This document shows positions 62,361 through 64,000 of a DNA stretch of 64,000 nucleotides, in pieces. This DNA comes from Lama guanicoe (lineage: Eukaryota): contig MU053352.1 in assembly GCA_013239625.1 (NCBI GenBank), positions 45,485-109,484 of the forward strand. The letters run 5' to 3'. The position numbers and the translations under genes are program-made. Numbering within the stretch: the first letter of the stretch is position 1; every line of letters begins with the position of its first letter. The notes under the pieces were generated by a model. It did no database searches, was not told the DNA's origin, and saw only the letters and a list, made by a program, of their open reading frames with translations.

Positions 62361-64000
62361 ACCCATTTGATCATGTGTATGGTCCTTTTATTGTGCTGCT
62401 GATTTTGGTGTGTTAGTATTTTGTTGAGATTTTTTAAATTAATGTTCATCAGGAATATTAACGTGTAGTTTTCTTTTCTTGTGTGTTTATCTGCCTTTGG
62501 TACCAGGGTGATGCTGACCTTATAAAATAAGTTTGGGAGTGTTCCCTTTGCTTCAAATTTTTGTAAGAGTTTTTTTAAAAACTGGCATTAATTCTTTAAA
62601 TGTTTGTTGAAATTCACCTGTAAAGCCATCTGATCCTGGGCCTTTCTTTATAGAGAGGTTTTTGATTACTGATTCAGTTTCCTTACTTGTTATCATTCAA
62701 CCTTTTTACTTGTTACCAATAACAAGCAAGTAACTCTTCATGATTCATACTTAGTAGGTTGTATTTTTCTATGAATTTATCCATTTTCTCTAGGTTGTCC
62801 AATTTGTTGGTGTATAATTGCCCATAGTACTCTTATAATCCTTTGTATTTCTGTAGCATCCATTGTAATACCTCCTATTTCAGTTATCATCTTATTTATT
62901 TGAGTCCTCTCTCTCTCTTCTTCTCTTGGTAAGTCAAGCTAAAGTTTTTTCAATTTTGTTTACCTTCTCAAAAAACCACTTAATTCTATTGATATTTTCT
63001 ATTGATTTTCTATTCTCTATTTCATTTATTTCTGCTCTGATTTTTGTTATAGCCTTCCTTCTGCTAAGTTTGGCCTCAGTCTGTTCTTGTTTTTATAGTT
63101 CCTTGAGGTATAAGGTTAAGTTGCTTATTTGAAATATTTCCTTTTTTAATGTAAGCATTTATCACTATGAACTTCCCTCCTAGCACTGATTTTGCTACAT
63201 CCCATTAGTTTTGATATGTGTGATTCCATTTTTATTTGTTTTAAGATTTTTAAACTTCCATTTTGATTTCATCTTTGACCCATCGGTTGTTTAGGAGTGT
63301 GTTGTTTAATTTTCACGTATTTGTGAATTTTCCAATTTTCCTCCTGTTAATTGATTTCTAGTTTCACACCACTGTGGTCAGAAAAGATACTTGGTATAAT
63401 TTCAAAATTTTTAAATTTGCTGAGAGGTGTTTTGTGACCTAGCATGATCTATCTTGGAGAATGTTCTATGTGGTTTGAGAAGAATGTGTATTCTGCTGCT
63501 GTTGGATGGAATTTTCTATATATGTCTGTTAAGTCCATTTGGTCTAAACCATTGTTCAAGTCCAGTATTTCCTTGCTGATTTCTGGTCTGGATGATCTAT
63601 CCATTGTTGAAAGTGGAGTATTGAATTCCTCTATTATTACTGTATTGTTGTCTGTTACTCTTTCAGATTTGTTAGTATTTGCTTAATATAGTTTGGTACT
63701 CTGATGTTGGGAGTATATGTATTTACAATTGTTATGTCTTCTTGATGAATTTACCCATTTATCGTTATATAAGGACCTTCTTTTTCTCTTGTTATAGTTT
63801 TTGACTTGAAGTCTACTTGTCTGATATAAATGTAGCTACCCCTGTTCCATTCTGATTCCTATTTTATGGAATATCTTTTTCCATTCCTTCACTTTAAGCC
63901 TGTGTGTGTCCTTGAAGCTGAAGTGAGTCTCCTGTAGGCAGTATATAGTTAAGTCTTCTTTCAAAATCCATTCAGTCATTCTATGCCTTTTGACTGTAAT
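62361..64000 (-). mobile_element. Decayed LINE-1 ORF2 region
   Basis: Typical antisense L1 ORF2 text (GAGAAGAATGTGTATTCTGCTGCTGTTGG, ATTTCTGCTCTGAT), running to the window end. Confidence 0.85.

Overview
Mammalian genomic DNA, most likely a camelid (inferred from short tRNA-derived SINEs resembling Vic-1). About 1-32.4 kb is the distal end of the immunoglobulin lambda variable (IGLV) cluster, with every V segment on the minus strand. It holds two apparently functional V genes (IGLV1-type at 5.5-5.9 kb, IGLV5-52-like at 16.4-16.9 kb) and one IGLV5 with an open V exon but an ACG start codon. It also holds disrupted IGLV5, clan-I and IGLV6 pseudogenes, a 5'-truncated V with an intact RSS and a decayed clan-IV relic. 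Each of the six leader-bearing V genes has a 46-nt leader exon, an octamer promoter, a 23-RSS and a same-orientation CTCF-like motif upstream. From 33.7 to 60.7 kb lies a complete 15-exon SLC5A4 (SGLT3) gene on the plus strand (660 aa, Glu457, one GC-AG intron), head-to-head with the V cluster. The rest is L1, SINE, LTR and DNA-transposon debris plus two N gaps, one flanked by a probable haplotype (false) duplication. I found no wholly new biological system. The most interesting items are the oriented CTCF-like array, a probable U6-snRNA/mRNA chimeric retrocopy and a CCAAT-rich solo LTR next to a functional V gene. All family assignments are from recalled consensus sequences, not database searches.
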